Part shown: positions 1 through 12,668 of the stretch, piece after piece | Numbering within the stretch: position 1 is the first letter of the stretch | Layout: every line of letters starts with the position of its first letter | Source: Eledone cirrhosa | Lineage: Eukaryota | DNA length: 64,000 nucleotides | Assembly (NCBI GenBank): GCA_964016885.1 | Contig: OZ024743.1 | Location: forward strand, 101,370,001 to 101,434,000 | Direction: 5' to 3' | Program-made: the position numbers and the translations under genes | Notes under the pieces: model-generated | The model's database searches: none | Told to the model about the DNA's origin: nothing | Seen by the model: only the letters and a program-made list of their open reading frames with translations

Positions 1-1938
1 ACTTGCAATTGCATATAGATGAGAAGCTCTGGCAGTATCAGCTGGTCAGGTATAAGGGCCGGACATATTGCCTGACCAGGCTCGGTTTCGGGCTGAGCTC
101 CGCACCGAAGATCATGGCGGCGGTTCTCAAGACCATTCTGGGAAAGGCCGACAAGATGAAGAGGGCCACTAACTCCTACATTGACGACATCCTAGTGGAC
201 GAGTCTGTGGTGTCGGCGGCGGAGGTCACAAGCCATTTACAGGTGTATGGACTAGCTGCGAAGCCGTCAGAAGCGTTGGAGGGAGGAGCCACGCTGGGAC
301 TTAGGCTACGGTGAGACAGGATGGGCGTCTTGGTATTCCAGAGGGGAAATGAAGTTCCAGAACTGGGCCCAAGTATGAGTAGGCGGGAGCCTTTCTCAGT
401 GTGTGGGAAGTTGGTGGGTCACTCCGGACGGCATGCAGCTATGTCAAGAGACGAGCGGGAGGAGTGACTTGGAGTGACAGAGTGGGAGAGAGGACGGTGG
501 CCATGATGCAGGAGATCGTGGGGAGGGTGAAGGCCGACGACCCAGTGCGGGGATGCTGGTATGTTCTCAAATCGCAGAGTGGGACTGTATGGTGCGATGC
601 CAGCAGCATAGCGCTGGGTGTCACGTTGGAGATAGGAGGTGTTGAGGTCGAGGATGCAGCCTGGCTTAGGAAGAAGGACGACTGCAACCACATCAATGTG
701 GCCAAACTGGACGCAGTGTTGAGAGGGGTGAACCTCGCCCTGAAGTGGGGACTGTGCACCATCGAGATACGCACCGACTTGGCTACTGTACTCGGATGGG
801 TGAGATCAGTGCTCACCATTGAGAAGAGTGCGAACGAGAGGGGCAGCAGAGATGCTGATAAAGCGCCTGGGGAACTTTAGGAGAGCTGGCCACCGAGTTC
901 GACCTGAGGCTGAGCGTAGTTTTCGTGCCTTCAGAGAAAAATAGGGCGGACGTCTTAACTAGGGTGAAGAAAGCCTGGATGGAAGCGCCGGAGGAGGTAG
1001 ATGAGATAGCTGCCGTGTGTCAGCTGACTGAGTCGGATCTGAAAGGGTTTCATGACATGCACCACATGAGAGTGGATAGGTGCCTGTTCCTAGCCAGGAG
1101 AATCGACTCGGACGTTAACAGACACAGTGTTCAAAGGGTGGTTAGCGGCTGCGTCCGACATCAGTCCATTGATCCCGCCCTGGGTGTGCACGAAACGGGA
1201 AGCCTCCCGGTGGATCGCGACTAGAAGCGATTGGCAGTGGATGTAACACACTACCGACAGGGAACGTACCTCTCAATGGTCGACTGTGGACCAGGACGGA
1301 TGGCGATATGGAGGGAGATGAAGACTGGAATGGTCGAGGAAATCATGCGGACGTTAAGAGAAGTGTTCTTGGAGCGGGGCCCTGTGGACGAACTGCTGAT
1401 GGACAACAGCGCAGCGTTCCGCTCGGAGGCGCTGAGAGAGATGCTCGATGGATGGAAGGTGGACCGTTTCTTCAGAGCAGCGCACAGGCCGAGCGGGAAT
1501 GGAATTGTGGAGCGACACCACCGGACGATCAAGGCAATGGCAGAGCGGGGCCATATCTCACCAATGGAGACAGTGTTCTGGTACAACATGTCCCCTCGGG
1601 TGGGACAGGTTGAGGAATCGGTGCCACACAGAGCAGTATTCAGATATAAGTGCACGCCACCACAATGGCCAGTGGGGAGAGAGAGTGCATTCGTGCAGGT
1701 GGGCGAAGAAGTCTGGGTTAAGCCCCCAGATGCACGTTGCACATCTCAATGGGGAAGAGGAACGGTGATGGCCGTAAATTCCCAGAACAATGTGTCCGTG
1801 GGCGGAGTACCACGTCATGTCCTGGATGTCCGTAGAATCACAAAGTGCCGCCCCAACACTGCGGAGATCGCAAAGAAGTCGCAAACCACCAACCTGGACA
1901 GCAGACTTTCATATGCAGAAGGACGAGGGGGAAATTGA
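1..1938 (+). mobile_element. Ty3/Gypsy LTR retrotransposon pol (RT, RNase H, integrase), disrupted by stops and frameshifts; 5' part lies outside the window
   Basis: RT FGLSSAP...YIDDILV; RNase H VWCDASSIALG...HINVA; HH-C zinc knuckle remnant near 1050-1160; integrase AVDVT, LMDN, PSGNGIVERHHRTIK; C-terminal VGEEVWVK. Domain order RT-RH-IN. Confidence 0.92.
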
Positions 1939-1958
1939 TCCTTGAGATCAGGGGGGCG

Positions 1959-2196
1959 TGTGGGTATGGTGTGGCGTGCGGTGGCCGGAAGCGGGGGAGT
2001 GCTCGACCGGAAGGGTGCTTGGCCGGAAGGGCCAGCAGATCGGCCTCTCTCTAGTGGTGACCAGGAACGGTGTGGACACGAGTTTTGGCAGCTCCTGGTG
2101 TTAATGAGTTGGACGCACGTGGAAGAGGAGAAACCAGCAATGGGATTTAGCGGCGCCTATGAAAAGCGGTAAGTGAGATAGCTTTTTTTAACCACA
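1959..2196 (+). mobile_element. 3' LTR of the Gypsy element (about 238 bp)
   Basis: Purine tract GAGATCAGGGGGGCG immediately before TGTGG at 1959; ends CCACA at 2196 (5-bp inverted termini); abrupt switch to A/C-rich sequence afterwards. Confidence 0.7.
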
Positions 2197-2689
2197 CAAA
2201 ACACAAGCTGAACGACTAAAACACACAATAACAGTTAATATGAAAAGAACAACATACACAAAAGTTAACGAACTTTACAGACAGAAACGCATTAACAGTA
2301 AGGAAGTCCGAAATCTCACCACACCAAATGAGAGTGATGACTTCATGAGCGTCATTTGACGTGAAACGAAATACGCCCGAAACGAATACAATAGGCATTT
2401 CAATAAGAAATTAGAATGGATGAATAAGAAAAAACTAGAAGAAAGAAAAATAGAATATTTTCAAAAATACCCAGATGACATCAACAATATCCGTATGACT
2501 GATGTAGAACTACCGGAAGAATTTACCAATGACCACAGTAAATATTTATGGGAACACTTTAATCAGTGAACAAGAACAACAAATCCTGCAGCTACCACCA
2601 AAATTTGCCATCTACAAAAATATTAACCCTATTGAGTGAAAAACGGAGCTGGAAAAGTGTTTCACAAAAATACGTTGGAATGCAAAAGT

Positions 2690-3350
2690 AAACAACAATA
2701 ATAACGGTAGTAGTAATATAAACAATAACTCTGAGTATAGAAATAACAGCTATAATAGTAATAGTCATAACAATAACAATAGCAGGAGAGTGAGAAATGG
2801 TAATAATATAAACGATAGACAGAACAACAACCACAATAATAATTGTTTCTACTTTTGGCACAAGGCCAGAAATTAACCAGTACATTACTGGTACTTTATT
2901 TTATCGACCCCGTAAGGATGAAAAGCAAAGTTAATAACCACAATAATAATAATAATAGAAACATTAACTACAGACACAGCAGCAGCGACCACAGTAGTAA
3001 TAACGGTAACAATACGAATAACAACAACAACAACCACAGTGGTAATAATAGAAATAATATATGTAGCAACATTAATGATAGATACAACAAAAACAAGAAA
3101 CATAATAAAAGTAACAACCACAATGGTAGAAATAACAGTAACAACAACAATAACTGGAGAAAACAACAACAATACATCTAACAATCACAGCAACAATACA
3201 TCTAGCAATCATAACAACAATACATCTAACAATTACAGCAACAATACATCTAGCAATCAACAATAATAATGCTAATGATAGGAACAACAACAACCACCAT
3301 AATAACAATAATAGCAACACACACAACTATGACGATAGATATAATGACAA
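2690..3350. repeat. (AAT/AAC)n low-complexity tract with an embedded SINE fragment (about 2845-2935)
   Basis: Asn/Thr-type trinucleotide runs; embedded fragment ACTGGTACTTTATTTTATCGACCCCGTAAGGATGAAAAG also resembles 62975-63010. Confidence 0.8.
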
Positions 3351-5988
3351 CCCCTTAGAGAAACTATTCTTCAACCCAGCTGACAAAACATATAAGATGG
3401 GTAATATCTATCCTACGAGGTTACCCTTTAATAAAAGAGTTTGCATACCACAACAAATAGATGACGAGACAGAGGCACAGTTCACCATAGCTAGAAATAA
3501 GATTAGACAAATAGTAGACCGGTATACTAAGAGACAGAGCAGACCAGAGGTTCAACAACTTGGGAGGAAACCTGTAGAAGGCTTGGTTAGCCTCAAGCAG
3601 CGCACAAGGGATGGTGAGGTAGTATGTCTACCCACGGATAAGTCTGGTAGAATATCAATAGACAGCATACCGAACTACATCAAGGCTATGCAACCCCACA
3701 TCACCAACACGAGCGAAATTGCACAGCAAATACATGATGGGAGAGAGAAAATCCTCAACGCTCACATGATGATGTGGACCGACATCCTAAAGCCAAGTAG
3801 ATGCACTGCCAACAACTTCCAGGCATCCAACAATGGCATACCACCCTTGTATGGGCTCCACAAAGACCACAAGACAGTCGACGACCCGACAACAGGACCA
3901 CCAACAAGACCTGTATGCGTAGCAAATATAGCTAGCAACTACAGGATCTCCTACTTCCTCTCAATGGTGATACGCCCCATAATCAAGATGTCCCCAGATG
4001 TATGTGACAGTACAGAGGAGCTCCTCAGCAGAATCAGTGAGTGTAACAAAAACAGGAACCTATCCAACTGCATAATAGACAGTATAGATGTGGTATCACT
4101 GTACCCATCCATTAACATTGATTTTGCTGTGGAAAAATGTGTTGAGATGATCATTGAGAGTGAGGTGGAGTTCTGCGACGTCGACACAGACGAACTGGGC
4201 CTCCTACTTAGACTTACCTACGACACTGACTACCTAGACAGCCATGACCTTAGACGTTTCTGCCCCAGTAGACCCATAAGAGGTAGATGCTCCACCATAA
4301 CCTCAATGGCAAAAAAGACTCCCATGGGAAGGTGGATTGGGTGGACCAAAGCTATACGGACCCCCCAAAACAATGATCAGGTAAGAAAAATGGTCGCACA
4401 TGCAATAGGGGCTAGTATCAAAACTACCCTAAAGGGCCACATATTCAAGTTCAACGAGAAGATCTACACCCAAAATGAGGGAGCAGCCATTGGCGTCAGC
4501 ATAGCTGGTGATGTTGCCAACCTTTTTATGGTATGGTGGGAAAGGAGAATCAAAGATCTCCTTGATGAGAGTTCCATAGACCTCATCATGTACTCTCGTT
4601 ACGTAGACGACATCAATATAGTAATAAGGACATCCCCCACAAGAGAGCACTAACAAGTTTGATTTAGAACGTAGCACAATGGAAAGCATCCAGCAGATAG
4701 CTAATTCCATACACCAGAGTATAACTGTAACTATCGACTACCCTTCCAAACACCCTAACAATAGACTACCTGTATTAGACACGGAACTCTGGATTAACGC
4801 TATAGACGAGAGAGCCCAAATTCTCCACTCACACTATGCTAAACCCATGGCCTCCAAATACCTGATACTAAAAAACTCAGCAATGTCCAGTAGTGCTAAG
4901 TTTAATATTCTGATCGCAGACTTGGTACGAGTGATGAAGAATGTGTCCCACATGTGCGACCCAACAGAAATGGAAAGACACATTCAACACTTCATCAACC
5001 GCATGCAGTTCTCTGGCTACGACCAAAGAGACAGAATCAGAGTATACGAAGGAGCCACGGAGAAGTATAAGACCCTTATAGAACTGGACATGAAAGGAAT
5101 TTGCCCATTATACAGGAGCAAATCATGGAATAGCTTAGATAGGACTAGACATAAGATAGGAAAGCCACCTCATGGTACGACAACCAGAGATACCAGAGTG
5201 TCATGTTTGTGGATGCTACCCCTGGAGGGAAATTAGCTAACCAGTGTAGAAAGGCCCTGAGAAAGACCCACTTAAAGATTAAGGTGGTAGAAAAGTCAAG
5301 AACCACCATAAAATCCCCGATCAGCAAAACCTACCCTTTTAAGAAAACCCACTGTACTAATAGGAAATGTATCATATGTAGAGTAAACCCCCCGGATAAA
5401 CTGTAAAACTAGAAACGTAGTCTATAGCATACAGAGGGTACTTGCAGAAACATGACAACAACATACATAGGCGAGACAGCTCGTAGCATAGGTGAAAGGA
5501 TAGACCAACATTGGAGGGAACTAAAAGGACGAAAAAACGGTTCAGTACTATACGAACATGCCAGACAACAACACAACAGTAACATAGACAACATAGAACT
5601 TAGAATAATATCTAAACATAGAAATTACCCAGCAGATAGGCAAATCAGAGAGGCCAGCAAAATAGAACTTAGAAGGCCAAGGCTAAACAGAAAAAATGAA
5701 TGGAATAACAACACCCAAACAAACAACACTGACCTAAGAGAAGTATAAATAAATAAATACATACACAAGCACAATAACAACAAACACATATAAACACACA
5801 CTAGTAAACTAAGATAGAATACATTAACCAATACACAGTCACCCAAACAAGAACACACATCAAACAAAACACTATACACACACACAAACGCATGCGCAGA
5901 GAAGACAAAATAAAATAAACAAATAAATAAATAAATAAACAGACTAAATAAAGATGGCGTAAGCATACAATGCAATGGGAGGAAACAT

Positions 5989-6044
5989 AATAGCAACACT
6001 GACGATGTTGCAGATGTGCAATGAAAGAACTTTGATAAACTATA
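5989..6044 (+). ncRNA. Type I hammerhead ribozyme motif in the Penelope pseudo-LTR (imperfect stem I)
   Basis: CTGACGA (5999) - stem II GTTGCA/TGCAAT - GAAA (6023) - GAAC - TT; stem I ATAG-CAACA pairs only partly with TGATA-AA-CTAT. Confidence 0.55.
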
Positions 6045-6660
6045 TATATGTGTTTATGTCTATATTGTATCTGTATTTTTGACCGTTGGTCAGTCAATGG
6101 CAACATTGAGGACCGAATAAATTAAATTAACCAATATAAAAGACACAGAAGCGAAAACCAACCAAACAGTGAGTGCGTTCTGTTATTAATTCTGGCAATA
6201 TTATTACACAAATATGACCCTCCCCAAGTAAAACAATATATATATATATATATATTATTAGAAAGTGAGGTTTTTTTACAAAATGAAAAAAAAAACGAGA
6301 TGTCCTACACGAGTGAAGGTATAAAGAAAAAAGATGAAATCGAAAATGCAACTGGAGTCTTTTTTAAAAAAATATATATTTATTTGGTTCCTTTAGCGGT
6401 TTCGCAGTTCTTGTGTTTTTCAAAAGTAGAATTGAGATGGAGGGTTTGTGGTTTTTCTCGCATCTGGTTGGTGTTCGAATGTTACTTCTGTTCTATATGG
6501 AAAAAAGTGGCTCGAAATGCTAGGTTTTTAGAAAAGTAATTTGGTTGGTTGATGACTGATGTGAATAAGTATAATAAATTTTGTGCCAGTTCGCGTTACA
6601 AAGTTCTTATTATATTTGCCTTTAAAAAAAGGGGGGCTCAGATTGTTTTTTCATATATAA

Positions 6661-8870
6661 AGCCAGATTGACTTCTTACTAGTTAGGCGGCAGGACAGGC
6701 AGATGGTGTCAAATACCAAGGCATACCCTGGGGAAGAATGTACTCAACAGCATAGGTTAGTCGTCAGTGATATCTCAGTAAGCAAGAGATGGAATGAGAC
6801 ATACAGGAAGGTGTGGAGAAGAAAGGTCTGGAAGCTAAAAGACCTTTCACTAAAATACAAATTTAGGAAAGCCCTTCAAGATGTGTATGACGAAAAAGAA
6901 GAAATTTAGAGTCGTATGACATAGATAATAACTGGAATTTCTTACGTGACAACTTACTGTAGGCTACTGATGAAACTTGTGGCTGGAGCAGAACTCCAAC
7001 CAGACAGAGAGTGGCCTGGTGGTGGAACAGCACAGTAGATAAGGCCATTAGAGATAAAAGACTAGCATGGAAGGCTTGGAAAAAGAGTGGGAGTAGAGAA
7101 GGATATACAGCCACTAAGAGAGAAGCTAGACGTCAGGTGTACTTAGCACGCAGGGAGGCTGAGAGTAGGAGGTTTGCCAATGTTCTGCGACGGGAAGATC
7201 AGAGGCGTGCGGTGTTCCACATTGCAAGGCAGTGTGTCAATGCAGATCAGGATGTTGTTGTAGATAACTGTGTCCGGAATGATGCCGGTGTACTTAGTAT
7301 CACAAATGATCAGAAAAATGAGGCCTGGAAATGTCATTATGAGAGACTGATGAATGTGGAGAACGAATGGGAGAGAGAGAAATTACTCTCAGTAGATCCG
7401 ACAGAGGGACCAGCTATTGAGATTGACGAATATAGGGTCCAAGAGGCGATTAAGGAAATGAAAAATGGTAAGGCTGCTGGGCCGTCGGGGATAGTTGCTG
7501 AGATGCTGAAAGCATCAGGGGCGTAGGCACTAAATTGGTTGCACGCATCATCAATCAGGCTATATATGGCGGTGTCATACCCAAAGACTGGTGCAGCAGT
7601 ATTCTCATAAATTGCTACAAAGGTAAAGGGGATGCTCTGGAGAGGAGCAATTATAGGGGTATAAAACTGATGGATCAGGTTATTAAAGTGGCAGAAAGGA
7701 TAATAGCACAACTAATCAGAGAAAGGGTCACACTAGATGAGTTGCAGTTTGGTTTTGTGCCTGGGAAAAGAACAACAGATGCCCTCTTCTTGGTGAGACA
7801 ATTACAAGAGAGGTTCTTAGAGAAGAATAAGCCACTATACTTAGCCTTTGTTGACCTAGAGAAGGCCTTTAATAGGGTACCCCAATCTGCCATCTGGTGG
7901 TCCCTAAGGAAAGTAGGTGTTGAGGAATCGCTTGTGAGGACAGTGCAAACTTTGTACAGAGGCGCTGACAATAAAGTCAAGGTAGGAATGGAGTTTAGTG
8001 AGGAATTCCAGATACAAGTGGGAGTACATCAAGGTTCGGTCCTCAGCCCGCTCTTGTTCATTATAGTCCTCCAAGCCATAACAGGGGAGTTTAAGTCTGG
8101 CTGTCCATGGGAACTTCTCTATGCTGACGATCTGGTTCTTATAGCAGAATCAGTAGAGGAGCTAGAGAATAAATTCTGGCTATGGAAACAGCAGTTGGAA
8201 GCAGGAGGACTGAGGGTGAACCTAGCTAAGACAAAAGTGTTGATGAGTAGAAAAGAGGACAAAATTCTGATTCCGTCAGGGAAATGGCCATGTTCGATAT
8301 GCAGAAAAGGAACTGGCATAAATTCTATAAAATGCACACAGTGCAGATCCTGGGTACACAAGAGATGTAGTGGGATAGCAGGCAAACTAACAGGTAGGGA
8401 GAAATACGTATGCAGTAGATGTACAGGGAAATTAGACAGTAGAAGTCGCATTGATAGACACATTTTTCAAATGCAGGCGGGGGCTATAGAAGTGGTGGAT
8501 AGCTTCCGGTACCTAGGAGATCAGATTAGCATGGGAAGGTGGGGTTCCGAGGCCATAGTATCTAGAATAAGGACAGGTTGGAAGAAGTTTAGGGAGCTGC
8601 TTCCTCTGCTGAAGAAGAAGGGTTTCTCCCTGCGTACGAAAGGCCGGTTATATGATGCCTGTGTGAGGAGCGCGATGCTGCATGGTAGTGGGACTTGGGC
8701 AGCAACTGCAGAGGATATGCGACTGCTGGAGAGAAATGAGGCAAGCATGCTCCGTTGGATGTGCAATGTCAATGTGCGTGAACGACCCAGCATGGATGTG
8801 TTGAGAGAGAAACTGTGTCTGAGAGGGATAGAATGTAGTGTGCGAGAGAGGAGACTGCGGTTGTATGGAC
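6661..8870 (+). mobile_element. RTE-clade LINE fragment (end of APE endonuclease, RT, PHD-like finger), degenerate and truncated at both ends
   Basis: SQIDFLL, AWWWN, GKAAGPSG, NYRGIKL, QFGF, AFVDLEKAF, GVHQGSVLSPLLF, LLYADD, FRYLG; C4HC3 CSIC..CTQC..HKRC..CSRC. Confidence 0.93.
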
Positions 8871-9009
8871 AAAGATTATCCAGCCATCAGAGTATTCGGT
8901 TTATTTTCTTTACATATTGTCCACGCATGCAGTTTTTCCATGATTAGGTCTGTTGGCGGCCCGCATTCCAAAATACCTTATCCCGTGCAACAACGGGTAC
9001 TACTGCTAG
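8871..9009 (+). mobile_element. Helitron-like 3' end
   Basis: Subterminal hairpin CCCGTGCAACAACGGG (8982-8997) followed 8 nt later by CTAG|T (9006-9010); it truncates the RTE copy. Confidence 0.55.
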
Positions 9010-9149
9010 TGTATTATATTTGTTTCTTCTCTTCTTTTCACTTTCAACATTACAGGTAGTGATACTAGCTTACATTATGCATAAATAGAGATCCCATTCC
9101 TCAGTGGTTAAACCTTCAAAAATCTGTGGCTTACTACTAGAATACTGCC

Positions 9150-9255
9150 TCAAACATCTTGTCCAACCCATGCCAGAATGAAAAAAAAATGAATACAAAA
9201 CTGATGATAATGATGATGGTAGTGATGATGATGACGATGGGGATGATGATGATTA
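9150..9255 (+). mobile_element. SINE 3' end with RTE-like (GAT)n tail
   Basis: GTCCAACCCATGCCAG...GATGATGAT, similar to 20135-20185 and to the RTE tail at 19480-19506. Confidence 0.55.
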
Positions 9256-9278
9256 AAATGACTCAAAAATAGACTTGC

Positions 9279-9347
9279 AGCCTGGATATCTTGAGATAGA
9301 AAGACTTCTTCAACGTCTGCAGAAAGAGTTGTCCAATTATCAGCTTC
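9279..9347 (-). CDS. COG7: COG7 internal exon EADNWTTLSADVEEVFLSQDIQA (GC donor)
   Basis: Acceptor tgttgtag, donor GCT|gcaagt, 69 nt phase 0. Matches recalled human COG7 [23 protein letters not shown]. Confidence 0.88.
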
Positions 9348-9959
9348 CTACAACAGAATATAATTCAACAGCAAAGAATTAGGAACCAAGAAAAATAGAG
9401 CAGGTGAAACTCAATACTGAGTACTCCTTTCTCTCAACCATCACACACACACACATTTTTAAAATTTTTTTTAGCATTTATAATTTGTTTCAATTAGAAG
9501 CATCCTAACTGTTAAGTAGCCATTTTTGTTATGGCATTTTTACTTCAAAAACCATGTGGAGATTATATCTTTTTCAATTTCCTTCATAAAATTAGCAGTG
9601 CATACATCAGATCTTTATGTTCTACTGCAGAATACTGAATATGTAATTGCAGGATGTCTGTGATTCGCTGGCAATCAAGCAAAAGTAGGGCCACCAAACA
9701 TCTTTTTTAATTCATTCCCTTTAGATAGTTTCCCTTTGTGTTAGAGTAGGTGAGGCATAACCCTACATGTGGGGAAGACTGTACATGGATATGTACATGC
9801 ACATTCCCCTTCCAATCCAGCCATACAATATAGTAAATGTTATACTTACTACATCAGAGATAAATAGGAGGCACATGTAAATTGTGATGGACCTAGCGAC
9901 TAGAGGTAGCCCCAGCTGTCACTCTGGTGGAAACTACAAACATCTGAGTGACTACACAA

Positions 9960-10430
9960 TACAGTACATGAAAAACCTCAACATGCATGTATATCTCCTG
10001 GCTATTACCAAGCAGTAAAGTGGTCATATGTTAGAGAGGAGATGAGTAGAAGTGTGTTGTGTGCACAAAGTATGGTGGAGGGCTGCTTCAGCCAGACTCA
10101 TCACAAGCAAAGAACAATGGCACAAATTATTCTGGGCCGGTAGCAATTGTGGGGTGGATGGAGTAGATCAGGTAACTGAGGTAGTCAGAGTAAGTGATAG
10201 AATAATTAAATTTAGACTAGGCTTGGGCAATACTACAGCCACTATACTATCTGCATACACCCCACAAGCTGAACTTGCTTATGAACATAAGGAGCATTGG
10301 TGACTTCAATAGACATTTTGAGAAACATCATGACAAATTCTCTGGCATACATGGTAGCTGCAGTTATGGTGCAATAAATTAAGAGGGGACTAGGCTTCTA
10401 GACCTCTATGATACTTTCAACTTAATAATC
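9960..10430 (+). mobile_element. Degenerate RTE APE endonuclease N-terminal fragment in a COG7 intron
   Basis: VCCVHKVWWR..SARLI...KLFWAG...GV...VVRVSDRII...ILSAYTPQ; several stops. Confidence 0.75.
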
Positions 10431-10456
10431 TGAATAATTTTGAAAATCCATTTTAC

Positions 10457-10546
10457 CTTGAGAGCATTAGAAGTAGCTTTCATCCGAGATTTGATGCCAT
10501 CCAGCTTCAACAGGGTCTGCATGGATTGAGATGTGTCTTGTTCAAC
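10457..10546 (-). CDS. COG7: COG7 internal exon [30 protein letters not shown]
   Basis: ttttag acceptor, gtaaaa donor, 90 nt phase 0. Matches recalled human [30 protein letters not shown] and splices in frame to 9347. Confidence 0.92.
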
Positions 10547-10731
10547 CTAAAACCAACAAAAATTAAGAAAGATTTAAGCAAGAACTATACAATAAGGAAC
10601 TATTTCAACAACTCCTCTCTTTACAAACACAGATTCTACACAAATCACTGAGTTCAGCCTCATTGCTTGGCACCTTCGACAAATGTCTGATGTGTGTGAG
10701 AGAGAGAGAATGATTTGGCATATATATTTAC

Positions 10732-10816
10732 CTTTTGAATATCTTGCTTCACTAGTCTCATCTGGTCTTGCAGAAGTACTGCTTCCTGTCGAACAGCTTC
10801 AATTTTTCTCATCACC
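10732..10816 (-). CDS. COG7: COG7 internal exon (R)VMRKIEAVRQEAVLLQDQMRLVKQDIQK
   Basis: aag acceptor, gtaaat donor, 85 nt. Matches recalled human [29 protein letters not shown] and splices in frame to 10546. Confidence 0.88.
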
Positions 10817-11269
10817 CTTATTGTTGATATTTAATAATGGAAAAATAAAAGCAACAATGTCTTAGAATAAGGATTACTAACATTGGCAATAGGAGAGGAG
10901 TTTAGATGACTTAAATCCTTTTATCACCATATTTCTGATTTAAAAATCACAAAGAATTTGGAGGGTTTTAGTAATATAACTAACTTTCTGCACAAGGGGA
11001 CTATTTCAAAGTAGATGGTGTTTAAACTTATATAAATAAAGTCCTTTTTTAAATAAAAAGCTAGTCTGGAAACTTTTTGACTTACCCTTGTATATATGTA
11101 TCAATTAAAAAGTTATTTGTCTCTAATATTAGACATCTCAATGAAAAGATAAATTATCAACTCAGAGAAGCAATTAAACACATTAAACTTAAGCCAAAAT
11201 CTCGAATTGTGGTGACACAAGCTAGACCAACTAAACTAAGTCAGTTTAACTCACATATATATATATATA

Positions 11270-11550
11270 TTTTTTTCACGCTCAGAGTTGCTGAAGCATG
11301 AAACAAACTGCCTGCGTCAGTTGTTAGCTGCCGAGACACTGCATCCTTTAAAACCCTCGTGCTTCCCGAAATACGCCAAAACTACACCTGATGTACCCAT
11401 TCCATACACATGTACACGTGTATATCATGACTCATGCACTGTTCATTTTCCTGACGTTTGTACATTACCCTATGTACTATACATACACTTTCTGATGAGT
11501 TGTAGTGCGCCTGAGCACTGTACACAATATTTCATTATTATTATATATTA
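11270..11550 (+). mobile_element. 3' end of a CR1-like LINE carrying a single copy of the 61-bp satellite monomer
   Basis: FFTLRVAEA*NKLPASVVSCRDTASFK, then a 3' UTR with hairpin TAGTGC-N6-GCACTG and an (ATT)n tail; same family as 23687-24081 and 60873-61030. Confidence 0.85.
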
Positions 11551-11625
11551 TATAGTAATAATAATAAATGTGAAGACTAAAATCCGAAGATAAAGATAAT
11601 ATATATAAAGATCGTAGAGCAAATA

Positions 11626-11744
11626 TTTATTAAAATAACAGATTAAAGTTTAAGCAAAGAATCGCTGCTTTCACCCTCAGAAGATCCCATTAAGGGTGAA
11701 AGCAGCGATTCTTTGCTTAAACTTTAATCTGTTATTTTAATAAA
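11626..11744. repeat. Fold-back palindrome (52-bp arms, 15-nt spacer), same family as 16850-17062
   Basis: TTTATTAAAATAACAG...TTTCACCCT / AGGGTGAAA...CTGTTATTTTAATAAA. Confidence 0.9.
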
Positions 11745-11767
11745 CTATATTTATAAAACGACATTTA

Positions 11768-11824
11768 TTCTATTATATATATTTCAAGGGTACCAAAATT
11801 TTGGTACGCTATCATCAGATAAAA
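11768..11824 (-). ncRNA. Type I minimal hammerhead ribozyme (Penelope type)
   Basis: Minus strand TTTTAT-CTGATGA-TAGCGTACCAAAATTTTGGTACCCTT-GAAA-TATATA-TA-ATAGAA, followed by AATAAA. Confidence 0.7.
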
Positions 11825-12668
11825 TACAAAATGTTTTATAAATATTTGACATAACCAAGGATAACATACATTAACGGTTCAAGTTATCCCTGGATAGTGA
11901 AGGGAAGAGAAAAAAAGTCAGATATTTCAAATTATTAAGATGAGTATGCAAATGATGTTTATGTAAAAGGACTGAAAAAAACGTTATTTTAGACGCTATG
12001 GAAAATTTAAATAATTATAAGTTATTGTATGCGGAGGAAAGAAGAGAATGGAAGAAGTGCTAGCATTGACGTTAATTTGGGGGAAAAGATTTGTTTACCT
12101 ATATTATGAGTTATAATATTGTATATATAATCAATTAGATTATATGAAGAATTATGGTTGTAAGTATTTTTATCTTATTACATTAGGATAGGTTATATGT
12201 ATATAAATATCTCTCTATATATATTAATAAATTGCGTATGTATTAGTTGTTTATATATCAAATATGAGTTCCGAAGGTTGTTGAATTTGTATTTTACTTA
12301 AAAAATAGGTGGTTCAAGTTGTGAGAGTAGAATAATTTGTGGATTCAAAAATGTTGTTCAACATTGAGAATGTTTTCAGAATATTGTTTATTTAACGAAG
12401 CTATATAGATTATCAAACATAAAATCGTTATGTTTGCACGATTGAGAAGAATGTTTATGTTTGCAACGATTGAGAAAGGAAAGATAACTCCAATTTTGTT
12501 TGTTAACCATTAAATTAGAGAAAAAATTATATATTATTTTATGTGAGATCCATTATTTTGTGTGAATATTTGGATAACAAAAAGAGAGAGGAAAAATGTA
12601 ATGTGTTTTCTTAAAGAGGATAAATTTTCAGAACGTCATTTAAAGATTATCAATCTACATCTAAAATA

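Larger units (their letters stand above)
2197..6236 (+). mobile_element. Penelope-like element (RT plus C-terminal GIY-YIG endonuclease), degenerate, with 3' pseudo-LTR region
   Basis: ORFs 3397-4653, 4679-5236, 5203-5406 and 5452-5748 carry PTDKSG, PPLYGLHKDHK, RPVC, SIDVVSLYPSI, YTQNEGAAIG, RYVDDI, LPVLD, a Cys-rich linker (CTNRKCIIC) and YIGETARSIGERIDQH...RQIREA...P.LN. Outer boundaries are approximate. Confidence 0.9.

Noticed and set aside
2592-3326. Hydrophobic or Asn-rich ORFs
   Set aside because: Translations of AAT/AAC microsatellite.
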